Positions 1-10,262 of a stretch of DNA of 64,000 nt are shown here, one piece after another (position 1 is the stretch's first letter; each line of letters opens with the position of its first letter). A model generated the notes under the pieces. It had not been told where the DNA came from, ran no database searches, and saw only the letters and a program-made list of their open reading frames with translations. Source of the stretch: Collimonas sp. (GTDB lineage: Bacteria; Pseudomonadota; Gammaproteobacteria; Burkholderiales; Burkholderiaceae_D). The DNA is taken from positions 123,750-187,749 of the forward strand of contig NZ_DATMRK010000047.1 of NCBI RefSeq assembly GCF_035566375.1, read 5' to 3'. The position numbers were made by a program, and so were the translations under genes.

Positions 1-625
1 TCCTGGCCTCCTCGCCAAACGGCAGCAAGCGGGTTTTATTACCCTTGCCGGTAATCCGCAACACACCTTCGTTCATGCCGACTTCCAGCGATTTCAGCAA
101 CACCAGTTCGGATACCCGTAAGCCGCTGGCGTACATAAGCTCCAGCATGGTGCGGTCGCGCAAGCCGAGCGGCGTGGCGACATCGGGGGCCGCCAACAGC
201 GCTTCCACCTGGGCTTCCGACAAAGTCTTGGGAAAGCGCGGCGCTTGCTTGGCGGAGCGCAAATGCAGGCAAGGATCGGTGCTGATACGGTTTTGCCGCA
301 AGGCCAACAGATAAAACCGCTTCAACACCGCCAGGCGGCGATTCGAGGAAGTTGCCTTGCTAGTGTCATGTTTGGCCAGGAAATAAGCATTCAGATCGCC
401 GGCATGGATCGCAAACAAGGACTTGGCGTCCGGCTGCGCCTGCAACCACAAGGCGAATAGCGTCATGTCGCGGCGATAAGCCTCCAGCGAATTTTTGGCA
501 AGGCCGTCTTCCAGCCACAAGTTGTCGCAAAATTCGTCAATCGCGGTTTGATGTTCGGTGCTTAGCGCCGGTTTGGCCGGTTCGGCCGGTTTGACTTGTG
601 TTACATCAGCCTTGGATCTCCTCAC
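1..625 (-). CDS. xerD: Site-specific tyrosine recombinase XerD (N-terminal part, runs off the window edge)
   Basis: Manual translation gives IDEFCDNLWLEDGLAKNSLEAYRRD...ITGKGNKTRLLPFGEEAR. The probable GTG start at 625 overlaps the ogt stop (GTGA). Not in the ORF track because the stop lies outside the window. Confidence 0.9.
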   Translation of the reverse strand, partial: MRRSKADVTQVKPAEPAKPALSTEHQTAIDEFCDNLWLEDGLAKNSLEAYRRDMTLFALWLQAQPDAKSLFAIHAGDLNAYFLAKHDTSKATSSNRRLAVLKRFYLLALRQNRISTDPCLHLRSAKQAPRFPKTLSEAQVEALLAAPDVATPLGLRDRTMLELMYASGLRVSELVLLKSLEVGMNEGVLRITGKGNKTRLLPFGEEAR

Positions 626-1152
626 AAGCCGGCCACGCCTTCGTGCTCCAGCAGCCAGCGCTTGACCCGCAAATGGAAACCATCCGCTTCGTCGTGATGA
701 GAGAAGCCGCCTATGCCGCCAGCCGCAGTCACGCGGTGACAGGGAATCACCAGCGGAAACCAGTTGGCGCCGCAAGCTTGCCCCACCGCGCGCGGCGCCG
801 ATTCCACCAGCTTGGCAACCTGACCATAGGTCAGCACCTCGCCGCGTGGGATCGCCGTAATCGCCTTCCACACCTTGTGCTGGAAAGCGGTGCCCAGCGG
901 CGCCAGCGGCAGGTCGAAGCGAAAATCCGCTTGCTCGAAATAACGCTGAATCTGCTCGACGGCGCGTGCCGCCAAGGCGTCTGTGGCGTCTTTTTCGTGA
1001 AATGAAGGGGGCAGATAGACCAGTTCGTGCAGCAAACCGGCTTCCGTGCGAATCCCCATCGCACCGAATGGCGCGGCGACTACTGCGGTGAAATGTTGCG
1101 CGGGAAGCTGGCCGCCAGCGCGCTTCAACGGATTATCGGAAATTATATTCAT
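622..1152 (-). CDS. ogt: Methylated-DNA--protein-cysteine methyltransferase
   Basis: IPCHRV active site and SAPRAVGQACGAN HTH motif. ATG at 1152 chosen over the ORF-track start at 1197. Confidence 0.9.
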   Translation of the reverse strand: MNIISDNPLKRAGGQLPAQHFTAVVAAPFGAMGIRTEAGLLHELVYLPPSFHEKDATDALAARAVEQIQRYFEQADFRFDLPLAPLGTAFQHKVWKAITAIPRGEVLTYGQVAKLVESAPRAVGQACGANWFPLVIPCHRVTAAGGIGGFSHHDEADGFHLRVKRWLLEHEGVAGL

Positions 1153-1162
1153 GCGTAAGCAT

Positions 1163-1194
1163 AAAATAAAAAAGGCGCATCTGTCGATGCGCCT
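1163..1194 (-). terminator. Intrinsic terminator-like hairpin just upstream of ogt
   Basis: Minus strand reads AGGCGCATC-GACA-GATGCGCCT followed by TTTTTATTTT. Confidence 0.6.
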
Positions 1195-1803
1195 CAAATT
1201 ACTTCGTATGCACTCCTGGCTGTTTAGACAGCTTCATTTGGAACGCACGGTCTCCTCAGTATCCCCGGTATCAATACCGTTCTTTTATGCACCACCACCT
1301 ATAAATCCTGTTGATTCAACCTCGCAGTTTGTTTCTGCTGCTTAAAAAATCTGAATTCTGTGCCACATAAAACCACTTATCGGAAACCGTAGCTGCTTCA
1401 TTACAGCTGTTTTCAGGTCCGGCAATATCAAATTGTGGTCGCACTGTAACAGGTGTTAACGGGATTTAACAAATAATTTATATGAATCATTTTGACTAAA
1501 CAACATAGGTTTTCACTAAACCATTGTCAAATCAATATTCATAAAATTGCCCACCAGAAATACACTTAACAGCTTCCTTATCTACTTCCTTATCAGCTGA
1601 GACGGGGCAACAATCATCCGTTCGGTAAAATCCATCCGGCTGACTCGCGATGCCACATACTGATTGACTCCAAGCGGCGGATGGCTCATTTCAGCAATAC
1701 CTTAGCGGGCTGTTTACCACGAACGCATGCACCTCTGCCATTGCCGCCGGCGTTATAGAATCTCGAACGCGCCGCAGTGCACCTCACTTTCATCCACCAC
1801 GCC

Positions 1804-2697
1804 ATGTATATCCTCAACCTGCTACTCCCCGATTTTTCGCTGATCCTGCTAGGAACAGTCTTACACCGCATCAGCAACTGGGGTGATGAATTCTGGACCG
1901 GAGCGGAAAAGCTGGTGTATTTCCTACTTTTTCCAGCGTTGCTTTTTTACTCAACTGCGCGCACCCCGCTCAGTTTCGACACCAGCGGCAAAATGCTGGC
2001 GGTCGGCATGAGCGCGCTGTTCGGCGCCATCATCCTGACCTGGCTGGGCAAACCGTGGATCAAGGCAGCGCCCATGGATTATGAATCCGGCATGCAAACC
2101 GGCTACCGTTTCAACTCATACATGGCGCTGGCTCTGGCGGCCAGGCTGGGTGGCGAGCAAGCTACCGGCATGATGGCGTTGCTGATCGGCTTTGGCGTGC
2201 CCTTGTGCAATCTGGCGGCAGTACATGCCTTGGCGCATAAAAGCGGCGGCTTGTTCAAAGAGCTGGCGCGCAATCCCTTGCTGATCGCTACTGCTTGCGG
2301 GCTCTTATATAGCCTGTGCGGATTGCCGATGCCGGAAGTAGCGGGAGCAGTCCTGTCGCGGCTCGGCAATTCCGCGCTGGCGCTCGGCTTGCTGTTGGTT
2401 GGGGCTGGTCTGCGCTTAAGCGGCGTGCGTCACGCCAAGGCGCTGACCGGATATTTCCTCGCGATCAAGCTGCTGGCGCTGCCGACCATAGCCTGGCTGC
2501 TCGGACAGTGGCTGCGACTGGCGCCATCGCAACTGCAGATCGTCGTCCTGTTCTGCGCGCTGCCTACGGCATCCAGCGCTTACATTCTGGCGGCCAGAAT
2601 GGGCGGCAACGGCCCCTTGGTAGCATTCATGATTTCTGCCGGCACCATGTTGTCGGCCTTGACCCTGCCGTTCTGGCTGTCGCTGTTGCAACATTAA
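1804..2697 (+). CDS. AEC (auxin efflux carrier) family transporter
   Basis: About 10 hydrophobic segments, LFPALLF, RFNSY and LPTASSAYILAARMGG motifs typical of AEC/YfdV permeases. Confidence 0.85.
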   Translation: MYILNLLLPDFSLILLGTVLHRISNWGDEFWTGAEKLVYFLLFPALLFYSTARTPLSFDTSGKMLAVGMSALFGAIILTWLGKPWIKAAPMDYESGMQTGYRFNSYMALALAARLGGEQATGMMALLIGFGVPLCNLAAVHALAHKSGGLFKELARNPLLIATACGLLYSLCGLPMPEVAGAVLSRLGNSALALGLLLVGAGLRLSGVRHAKALTGYFLAIKLLALPTIAWLLGQWLRLAPSQLQIVVLFCALPTASSAYILAARMGGNGPLVAFMISAGTMLSALTLPFWLSLLQH

Positions 2698-2709
2698 TTG
2701 GCTGATGCG

Positions 2710-3813
2710 TCACACGCCGTGTTGCTGTAACGCCCACGCCACATGCTCGCGCACCAGTTCGGAAGAATCGTCCCTGCGCAGTTGCAAGGCAGCGATGATC
2801 TCCGGCGTACTGACGCCTGCCGCTGCAGTATTGCCAAGACCGACCGCCATATTGCGCAACCAGCGCTGATAACCAATGCGGCGGATCGGGCTACCTTCCA
2901 TGCGGCTATTGAATTGCTCCTCGCTCCAGCCGAATAATTCCACCAGGGTGGCCTGATCCAGGCCATTGCGGACGTCGAAATCGCCTAATGTGGAAGGCTG
3001 CGCAAACTTGTTCCATGGGCAGAACAGCTGGCAATCGTCGCAGCCGTAGACGCGGTTACCGATCAAGGGCCGCAGCTCCAGCGGAATGCTGCCTTTCAAC
3101 TCGATCGTCAGGTAAGAGATGCAGCGGCGCGCGTCAAGGCGATACGGACCGATAATTGCCTTGGTCGGGCAGACATCGATACAGGCGCTGCATTGCCCGC
3201 AGTGCGAACTGATGGGCTGGTCGACCGGCAACGGCAGGTCGGTCAGGATTTCACCGAGAAAGAAAAACGAGCCGGCCTCGCGATTCAGCAACAGCGTATG
3301 TTTGCCACGCCAGCCCAGGCCAGCCTTCTGCGCCAGCGCCACCTCCATCACCGGCGCCGAATCGGTAAACACCCGATAGCCGAACTCGCCGATTTCGCCT
3401 GTGATGCGATCCGCCAGTTGCTGCAAGCGCGAGCGCAGCACCTTGTGATAATCGCGTCCGCGCGCATACAGCGACACGGTGGCAGTGCCGGCCGCGGCCG
3501 GCGCCAGCCGCGCTTGCTCGCGCGGCCGCCAACTGCCCTGGTCATCCTGGTATGCGCGCGGCAGATAATCCATGCGTACCGCAATCGCCCGGATCGCCCC
3601 CGGCACCAGTTCGGCAGGCCGGGCGCGCTTCATTCCGTGCGCTGCCATATAATCCATGTCACCGTGATAGCCAAGCTCCAGCCATGCCTCGAACCCGGCC
3701 TCCTGCTGCGCCAGATCGACGTCACTGATGCGAATATCGGCAAAGCCAAGCTCCCGCCCCCAAGCTTTTATGGTGGTGGCTAGCTCTACTAAATTGTGTT
3801 CCGTGACAACCAT
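2710..3813 (-). CDS. queG: Epoxyqueuosine reductase
   Basis: YARGRDYHKV, FTDSAPVME, CGQCSACIDVCPT and YGCDDCQLFCPWN (two 4Fe-4S motifs). Confidence 0.95.
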   Translation of the reverse strand: MVVTEHNLVELATTIKAWGRELGFADIRISDVDLAQQEAGFEAWLELGYHGDMDYMAAHGMKRARPAELVPGAIRAIAVRMDYLPRAYQDDQGSWRPREQARLAPAAAGTATVSLYARGRDYHKVLRSRLQQLADRITGEIGEFGYRVFTDSAPVMEVALAQKAGLGWRGKHTLLLNREAGSFFFLGEILTDLPLPVDQPISSHCGQCSACIDVCPTKAIIGPYRLDARRCISYLTIELKGSIPLELRPLIGNRVYGCDDCQLFCPWNKFAQPSTLGDFDVRNGLDQATLVELFGWSEEQFNSRMEGSPIRRIGYQRWLRNMAVGLGNTAAAGVSTPEIIAALQLRRDDSSELVREHVAWALQQHGV

Positions 3814-3878
3814 GGCGGGGCGATTCAAGAAGACTAAAGATTAAATAAAAGATTAGATACAAAGGACTATGTGACGAG

Positions 3879-4373
3879 ATGCCCCATTTTACAACCCACC
3901 TGCACGATGAAGCTGGAACCAACGCTCTCGGCGCCGCACTGGCCAGGGCCTTGCTGCCCGGATTGGCGATCCATTTGCATGGCGACCTGGGCGCCGGCAA
4001 AACCGCGCTGACCCGCGCCTTGCTGCACGCCGCCGGCTACCAGGGCCACGTCAAAAGCCCTACTTACACCTTGGTGGAACCTTATGCCATTCAGATAGAC
4101 AAACAGGCGGTCGAAGTGATGCATTTCGACTTGTATCGGATGGCCAGCCCGGATGAATTCCTGGACGCCGGTTTCCGCGAATACTTCAACCACAGCACCA
4201 TCTGCATCGTCGAATGGCCGGAAAAAGCCGCCGCCGCGTTGCCGCCGCCCGACATCAGTGTATTACTCAGCGTTTCCAGTGTTTCCGATAGAGGACGTGA
4301 TGTAGAATTGCAGGCGTTATCTGATAAGGGTAGTCAATGTCTCGCTCGACTGAAATTTGCACCAAATCTCTAA
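3879..4373 (+). CDS. tsaE: tRNA threonylcarbamoyladenosine biosynthesis ATPase
   Basis: GDLGAGKT P-loop, VKSPTYTLVE, HFDLYR and IVEWPE; lies upstream of amiC. Confidence 0.95.
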   Translation: MPHFTTHLHDEAGTNALGAALARALLPGLAIHLHGDLGAGKTALTRALLHAAGYQGHVKSPTYTLVEPYAIQIDKQAVEVMHFDLYRMASPDEFLDAGFREYFNHSTICIVEWPEKAAAALPPPDISVLLSVSSVSDRGRDVELQALSDKGSQCLARLKFAPNL

Positions 4374-5686
4374 AATCAAGAATCCGCCGCACTGTACTCA
4401 AAGCCGGCGGCACCTTGCTCATTTCAGTGCTGGTTCCACTCTCGGCGCGCGCCGCACAGATTGTCGCGGTGCGGGTCTGGCCGGCAGAAGATTACACCCG
4501 TGTCACGCTGGAAAACGATTCTGAACTGAAAACCACCCACTTCCTGGTGCAAAATCCGGATCGCATGGTGGTCGACATCGAAGGCATCGAACTCAATCCG
4601 ACCTTGAAGGAACTGGTCGCCAAGATCCAGCCTAACGATCCCTATATCAAGCAAGTCCGGGTTGGCCAGAACCGTCCTAACGTGGTGCGGCTGGTGTTTG
4701 ACCTGAAGGAAGAAGTCAAACCACAGGTGTTTACCCTGGCGCCGGTGGGCGGTTACCAGCACCGCCTGGTATTCGATTTATATCCAGTCAATCCGCCCGA
4801 CCCGATCGCGGCGATGATAGAAAAAGGCGAGTGGCCATCCTCCACTCCGGGGGAAATCACCCCGCCCGTTGCGCAAACCAAACCGCAGGAACAGCCTGAA
4901 GCACCGCAGATCGCCCGGGTCGATCCTAAACCAGAGAAAACGCCGGACAAGATGCAGGACAAGACCCCGACCCTGACGCGCATGATCACGATTGCGCTCG
5001 ATCCTGGCCACGGCGGCGAAGATCCCGGCGCCACCGGACGCGGCGGCAACCGCGAAAAAGACGTGGTGCTGTCGATCGCCAAGCGGCTCAAAGCCAAAAT
5101 CGAGCAACAGCCGAACATGCGGGTGATGCTGACCCGCGACGCCGATTTTTTCGTACCGCTTGGGGTACGCGTGCAAAAAGCCAGGAAAGTACAGGCCGAC
5201 CTATTCGTCTCGATCCATGCCGACGCCTTTGTCACACCGACCGCGCGCGGCTCCTCAGTATTTGCCTTATCGGAAAAAGGCGCCAGCTCAACCGCTGCGC
5301 GCTGGCTGGCCAACAAGGAAAACTCGGCCGACGATATCGGCGGCATCAACATCAGGAGCCACGATCGGCAACTGGCCAGCGTACTGCTGGATTTGTCGAC
5401 CACGGCGCAAATCAACGACAGCATGAAACTCGGCAGCGCAGTCTTGAGTGAAATCGGCGGCATCAACAAGCTGCACAAGGGTGCGGTGGAGCAAGCCGGT
5501 TTTGCAGTGCTGAAAGCGCCGGATATTCCGAGCATCCTGATTGAAACCGCCTTCATTTCCAATCCCGAAGAAGAAGCCAGGCTGACCGACAACGCTTATC
5601 AGGATCAAATGGCGGATGCGGTATTGAAAGGCATCAAGAAGTATTTTGCCCACAATCCGCCGCTGGCAAGGAATCGCCTGACCTGA
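4337..5686 (+). CDS. amiC: N-acetylmuramoyl-L-alanine amidase (AMIN + Amidase_3), Tat-type signal
   Basis: RRTVLK twin-arginine motif, AMIN-like VRVGQNRPNVVRLVFDL, ALDPGHGGEDPGA, SIHAD and SILIETAFISN. Confidence 0.9.
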   Translation: MSRSTEICTKSLKSRIRRTVLKAGGTLLISVLVPLSARAAQIVAVRVWPAEDYTRVTLENDSELKTTHFLVQNPDRMVVDIEGIELNPTLKELVAKIQPNDPYIKQVRVGQNRPNVVRLVFDLKEEVKPQVFTLAPVGGYQHRLVFDLYPVNPPDPIAAMIEKGEWPSSTPGEITPPVAQTKPQEQPEAPQIARVDPKPEKTPDKMQDKTPTLTRMITIALDPGHGGEDPGATGRGGNREKDVVLSIAKRLKAKIEQQPNMRVMLTRDADFFVPLGVRVQKARKVQADLFVSIHADAFVTPTARGSSVFALSEKGASSTAARWLANKENSADDIGGINIRSHDRQLASVLLDLSTTAQINDSMKLGSAVLSEIGGINKLHKGAVEQAGFAVLKAPDIPSILIETAFISNPEEEARLTDNAYQDQMADAVLKGIKKYFAHNPPLARNRLT

Positions 5687-5725
5687 GCGGCCGACTGAAC
5701 GGCGAACTACAGGCCGCAAAATGAT

Positions 5726-5759
5726 AAGGGCGCGCTGCAAAACGTTGCAGCGCGCCCTT
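5726..5759. terminator. Perfect hairpin between convergent amiC and dedA
   Basis: AAGGGCGCGCTGCAA-AACG-TTGCAGCGCGCCCTT. Confidence 0.7.
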
Positions 5760-5800
5760 GTTTCATTTTCTCATCCGGCCTCGGCAGTACTTATGCGCTG

Positions 5801-6445
5801 TTATGCGCTGCGCATTTTCTTGTAGAACTTCCACAATCCACCCAGCGCTACCGGCACCACCGCGGCGCCAACCCCAATCAACACAATCGTGCTCAGGTGA
5901 TCGCGGATAACAGGGATATTACCGAAGAAATAACCCGCCGAGACCAGGCCGACTACCCAGATCAAGGCGCCGGTGATATTGAAGAACTGGAATTTGGAGA
6001 AAGTCATTTCGGACACGCCAGCCACAAACGGTGCGAAAGTCCGCACGATAGGCACGAAGCGCGACAGGATGATGGTCTTGCCGCCGTGATGTTCATAAAA
6101 GGCATGGGTCTTTTGCAAGGCCTTCTTGTCCAGCCATCGATAATCATGGGTGTAGACTTTATGCCCGATCAAGCTGCCTATCCAGTAATTTAGCGTGTTG
6201 CCGGTGGTGGCAGCGATAATCAGCAAACCCATCAGCGCCCAGATGTTCATCTCGCCGCTTGCGCAAAATGCGCCACCGATGAATAACAGTGTATCGCCGG
6301 GCAAAAACGGTAGCACCACCAGGCCGGTTTCGCAAAAAACGATCAGGAACAGCACTATGTAGATCAGGCTGCCATATTCCTTAATCAAGAAACCAAGGGA
6401 TTTATCGACATGCAGGATGATGTCGACGAATTGCATAAAGTCCAT
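5801..6445 (-). CDS. DedA/VTT family membrane protein
   Basis: FCETGLVVLPFLPGDTLLF, SRFVPIVRTFAPFVAG and FNITGALIW motifs. Confidence 0.92.
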   Translation of the reverse strand: MDFMQFVDIILHVDKSLGFLIKEYGSLIYIVLFLIVFCETGLVVLPFLPGDTLLFIGGAFCASGEMNIWALMGLLIIAATTGNTLNYWIGSLIGHKVYTHDYRWLDKKALQKTHAFYEHHGGKTIILSRFVPIVRTFAPFVAGVSEMTFSKFQFFNITGALIWVVGLVSAGYFFGNIPVIRDHLSTIVLIGVGAAVVPVALGGLWKFYKKMRSA

Positions 6446-6678
6446 AGTCCGTGTTCCTCAGTTGACCGCTTTTATGTTTGGAAAGTCTTATGCACACTGA
6501 CTTTCTTTTGTTGAATAAAGTTCACCTATCTGGCAACAATGCCACCAGGAAGCCCGGACCGTTTTTCCCCAGGTGCGCCGGAATAATACACTACCGACGA
6601 CAGCACAAAGGCAAATTTGGCAATTGTCTGCACGCCAGTTGGGGGCAAAGCCGGCCCCGGCTTCGGTATAATCGCGGC

Positions 6679-8532
6679 ATGAATCCACCGCTCTCCCCTA
6701 TCCGCGCTATCCAGCAACTGCCCGACAACCTGATTTCGCAAATTGCAGCAGGCGAGGTGGTCGAACGGCCATCCGCCGTGGTCAAGGAATTGCTGGAAAA
6801 TGCGCTGGACGCCGGCGCCACCCAGGTCACCGTGCGGCTGGAACAAGGCGGCGTCAAACGCATCGCCATCACCGATAATGGCCGCGGTATTGCACCCGAA
6901 CAATTGCCGCTGGCGCTGGCGCGTCATGCAACTTCAAAAATCGCTTCGCTGCATGATCTGGAAAATGTCGCCACGCTAGGATTCCGCGGCGAAGCGCTGG
7001 CGTCTATCGCCTCGGTGTCGCAACTGACCCTGACCTCGCGCACTGCCGACGCCGGTCACGCCTCGGAAATCGACGGCAGCACGCTGGCCGTGACGCCGTC
7101 ATCCGGCGCCCAAGGCACCACCGTCGACGTCCAGGACCTGTATTTCAATACCCCGGCCAGGCGCAAGTTCCTCAAATCGGACCAGACCGAATTCGGCCAT
7201 TGCGCTGAAGTAGTAAGACGCATAGCGCTGGCGCGGCCGGACGTGTCTTTTTCGCTGACGCATAACGGCAAGACCGTCGACCATTGGAACATCACTGAAA
7301 TCGCCAAGCGCAGCGCCAGCATTCTAGGCAACGAATTTGCCAACGCCCGCCTGGCGCTGGATGAAGCCGCCGGACCGCTGCGCCTGCATGGTTTTGTCGG
7401 CTTGCCGACCGCCTCCAAGGCGCGCGCCGACGCTCAGTATTTCTACGTCAACGGCCGCTTCGTGCGCGACAAATTGCTGGTGCATGCGGTGCGCGCCGCC
7501 TATCAGGACGTGCTGCACGGCGACCGCTACCCTTCGTACGTATTAGGACTGGACCTGGACCCGGCGCTGGTCGACGTCAATGTGCACCCGTCGAAAATCG
7601 AAGTGCGCTTCCGCGACAGCCGGGCAGTTCACCAATTTGTATTTCATGCGGTGAGCCGCGCACTGGCGCAAACTTCCGCCACCTCGTTTGGCGCGACGCC
7701 AGCGCCGTTGGCCTCGCCCAGCAGCGGCATGCCGTGGATTCGCGGTTCGCAAGAACATCTGCAGGCGATCCTGCAACCCAGCCTGCAAGTGCCGCAGCAG
7801 CAAACCTCGTTCGGCGCCCAATTTGCCCCCGCGACCAACGGCGTGGCGCAAAGCACCGCCAATTACGGCGCATTGTTTACCGATAATGAACGCGCTGCCA
7901 GCTACCCTGCAACCCCGCAACTTGCCAATCAAACCTTGCCGAGCGATGACTTCCCGCTAGGCTTCGCACTGGCCCAGTTGCACGGCATTTACATCCTTGC
8001 GCAAAATACCAAGGGCCTGGTGCTGGTCGACATGCATGCCGCCCATGAACGGATTCTGTACGAACAACTCAAAGGCGCATTGGATGAAGACGCGATGCAA
8101 GTGCAGCCGCTGCTGATCCCAGTCACCTTCTTTGCCGACGCGGTTGAAGTCGGCACCGCTGAAGAAAATCAAGAAACCCTGCAAGCGCTGGGTTTCGATA
8201 TCGCCGCGATCTCGCCCACCACGCTGGCGGTACGCTCGGTTCCGGCACTGCTGAAAAATGCCGATGCGCAAACGCTGGCGCGCGATGTGTTGCGCGACGT
8301 CCGCGAATTCGGCGGCTCGCGCGTCCTGGTCGAGCGTCGCAATGAATTGCTTGGCACCCTGGCCTGCCACACTGCAGTGCGCGCCAACCGCAGCCTGACA
8401 GCGCCGGAAATGAACGCCTTGCTACGGCAAATGGAAGCCACCGAACGCGCCGACCAGTGCAATCATGGTCGCCCTACCTGGAGCCAGCTGGCGCTGTCGG
8501 ACCTGGATAAATTATTCTTGCGCGGCCAATAG
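6679..8532 (+). CDS. mutL: DNA mismatch repair endonuclease MutL (MutH-independent type)
   Basis: [23 protein letters not shown], endonuclease motif [12 protein letters not shown], clamp motif QPLLIP and CNHGRP. ATG 6679 preferred as start. Confidence 0.97.
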   Translation: MNPPLSPIRAIQQLPDNLISQIAAGEVVERPSAVVKELLENALDAGATQVTVRLEQGGVKRIAITDNGRGIAPEQLPLALARHATSKIASLHDLENVATLGFRGEALASIASVSQLTLTSRTADAGHASEIDGSTLAVTPSSGAQGTTVDVQDLYFNTPARRKFLKSDQTEFGHCAEVVRRIALARPDVSFSLTHNGKTVDHWNITEIAKRSASILGNEFANARLALDEAAGPLRLHGFVGLPTASKARADAQYFYVNGRFVRDKLLVHAVRAAYQDVLHGDRYPSYVLGLDLDPALVDVNVHPSKIEVRFRDSRAVHQFVFHAVSRALAQTSATSFGATPAPLASPSSGMPWIRGSQEHLQAILQPSLQVPQQQTSFGAQFAPATNGVAQSTANYGALFTDNERAASYPATPQLANQTLPSDDFPLGFALAQLHGIYILAQNTKGLVLVDMHAAHERILYEQLKGALDEDAMQVQPLLIPVTFFADAVEVGTAEENQETLQALGFDIAAISPTTLAVRSVPALLKNADAQTLARDVLRDVREFGGSRVLVERRNELLGTLACHTAVRANRSLTAPEMNALLRQMEATERADQCNHGRPTWSQLALSDLDKLFLRGQ

Positions 8533-8558
8533 GACAATACGAGGACAATACCAGCAGC

Positions 8559-9545
8559 ATGTCATCACAATCAGCAACATCCACAGCCAAACCGCTGGTG
8601 GTCGCCATCATGGGGCCCACCGCTTCTGGCAAAACCGCCGCCGCGCTGGAAATCGCCCGCCGTATTCCATCGGAAATCGTCTCGGTCGATTCAGCGCTGG
8701 TGTATCGCGGCATGGACATCGGCACCGCCAAGCCCAGCCGCAGCGAACTGGCCGCAGCGCCGCACCACCTGATCGACATCATGGAGCCGACGCAATCGTA
8801 TTCGGCCATGCAATTCCGCGACGACGCACTGCGCCTGTCGGCTGATATCCATGCGCGCGGCAAGCTGGTGTTGATGGTCGGCGGCACCATGCTGTATTTC
8901 AAGGCCCTGCGCGACGGCCTCGACGCCTTGCCGCAAGCCGATCCGCAACTGCGCGCCCGGCTGGATGCGGAAGCTGCCCTGATCGGCGTGCCCGGCATGC
9001 ACGCCAAGCTGGCGCAACTGGATCCAATCACCGCCGCCCGCCTGAAACCAAACGACAGCCAGCGCATCCAGCGCGCCCTCGAAATCATCGAGCTAAGCGG
9101 CCAGACCATGTCCTCGCTGCTGACTGACCGGCCGGCGCCGGAATTGCCGTTCGATATTCTGCCTATAGCCTTGGAACCGTCGGACCGCAGCGTATTGCAT
9201 GAGCGGATCGCCCGGCGCTTCGATCTGATGCTGGATTTGCAAAGCGGCGGCTTAAAAAGTGGTGGCTTAATACGGGAAGTAGAAGAACTGCGCGCCCGCG
9301 GCGACCTGCACCTCGGCCTGCCGTCGATGCGTTGCGTCGGCTATCGCCAGACCTGGGAATATCTGGATGGCCAGTACGGCTACCAGGAATTGCGTGAAAA
9401 AGGCATCGCCGCTACCCGTCAGCTGGCCAAACGCCAGTTGACCTGGCTACGCTCGATGCCGGAGCGGATCGTGATTGACTGTATCGGCGATCATGTTTCC
9501 GAGTCAGTGTTGGAGACTGTAGCGGCGGCCCTTAAGCAGCGATAA
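8559..9545 (+). CDS. miaA: tRNA dimethylallyltransferase
   Basis: [26 protein letters not shown] and [12 protein letters not shown]; follows mutL. Confidence 0.97.
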   Translation: MSSQSATSTAKPLVVAIMGPTASGKTAAALEIARRIPSEIVSVDSALVYRGMDIGTAKPSRSELAAAPHHLIDIMEPTQSYSAMQFRDDALRLSADIHARGKLVLMVGGTMLYFKALRDGLDALPQADPQLRARLDAEAALIGVPGMHAKLAQLDPITAARLKPNDSQRIQRALEIIELSGQTMSSLLTDRPAPELPFDILPIALEPSDRSVLHERIARRFDLMLDLQSGGLKSGGLIREVEELRARGDLHLGLPSMRCVGYRQTWEYLDGQYGYQELREKGIAATRQLAKRQLTWLRSMPERIVIDCIGDHVSESVLETVAAALKQR

Positions 9546-9631
9546 CACCACACAATTACCCTTAAAAAGCATCGCAAACCTGTTTTTCTTGACAGCATTT
9601 AGCGAAATGCTTCATAATTTAGGGCTTCATT

Positions 9632-9708
9632 GGTGATATAGCTCAGTTGGTTAGAGCACAGCACTCATAATGCTGGGGTCGGTGGTTCAAGTCCACCTAT
9701 CACCACCA
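9632..9708 (+). tRNA. tRNA-Met (CAT), probably elongator type
   Basis: 77-nt cloverleaf GGTGATA...TATCACC-ACCA with D-arm GCTCAGTTGGTTAGAGC, anticodon loop CTCATAA and T-loop TTCAAGT. CCA is encoded. Confidence 0.95.
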
Positions 9709-9741
9709 AGAACACGTTTCAAGAAGTCCGGTAACGTACAG

Positions 9742-9778
9742 AAACCCGCCTCTAGCCTAGTGCTGATGCGGGTTTTTT
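9742..9778 (+). terminator. Hairpin/terminator after tRNA-Met
   Basis: AAACCCGC...GCGGGTTTTTT. Confidence 0.65.
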
Positions 9779-9975
9779 GTTTGTTGAACGTTGATGAAAT
9801 CACACCAACAAAGAAAACAGCGCGATTATTGCACTTACTACAGCACCAATGAGTGCGACAAATTCCCCCCCCGTCCAGACGGCTTGCTTCGGTTTTTCTA
9901 TGCGGCCCCTTGATGTCGGACATGAAATTGCCCTTTCTAGTTCGAGCACAACTCTACCGGCCCCCAGCGCTTGAT

Positions 9976-10046
9976 AAAAAAAAGCCCGCCAACCTTGCGG
10001 CTGCGGGCTAAATCCAAAACTTAGGGAGAGTTGGAGGAGACTCAAC
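9976..10046 (-). ncRNA. Betaproteobacterial 'toxic' small RNA-like (CU-rich anti-SD sRNA)
   Basis: Minus strand GTCTCCTCCAACTCTCCCTAAGTTTTGGATTTAGCCCGCAGCCGCAAGGTTGGCGGGCTTTTTTTT: CU-rich motifs, then GGAT, then a GCCCG terminator, the layout recalled for the Burkholderia/Ralstonia toxic sRNA family. Confidence 0.7.
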
Positions 10047-10109
10047 CGATATTGCGCCGTTGAATCAATTTTCAATACCCTTTTACAATTATTTGTATCA
10101 GCGAAATAC

Positions 10110-10143
10110 AAAAAGCCCCGAACCGGTGAAGTTACAGGGCTTT
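10110..10143 (-). terminator. Terminator-like hairpin downstream of dodecin
   Basis: Minus strand AAAGCCC...GGGCTTTTT. Confidence 0.5.
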
Positions 10144-10262
10144 GAAATCTGGCCGCAGCGATAAAGGGTGGCCCTTCACGCATTACTGATCAGGATTTCT
10201 TATTTTTTTGTCGACGCCACATAACCTGGCCTCAAACTGTTTGCTTTTGAATTTTCGCCCGC

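Noticed and set aside
1464-1492. ATTTAACAAATAATTTATATG as a dif site near xerD
   Set aside because: Only ATTTAACA matches the XerD arm; there is no XerC arm.
6478-6678. Long N-terminal extension of MutL
   Set aside because: The conserved MutL sequence begins right after ATG 6679; the upstream part looks like promoter region.
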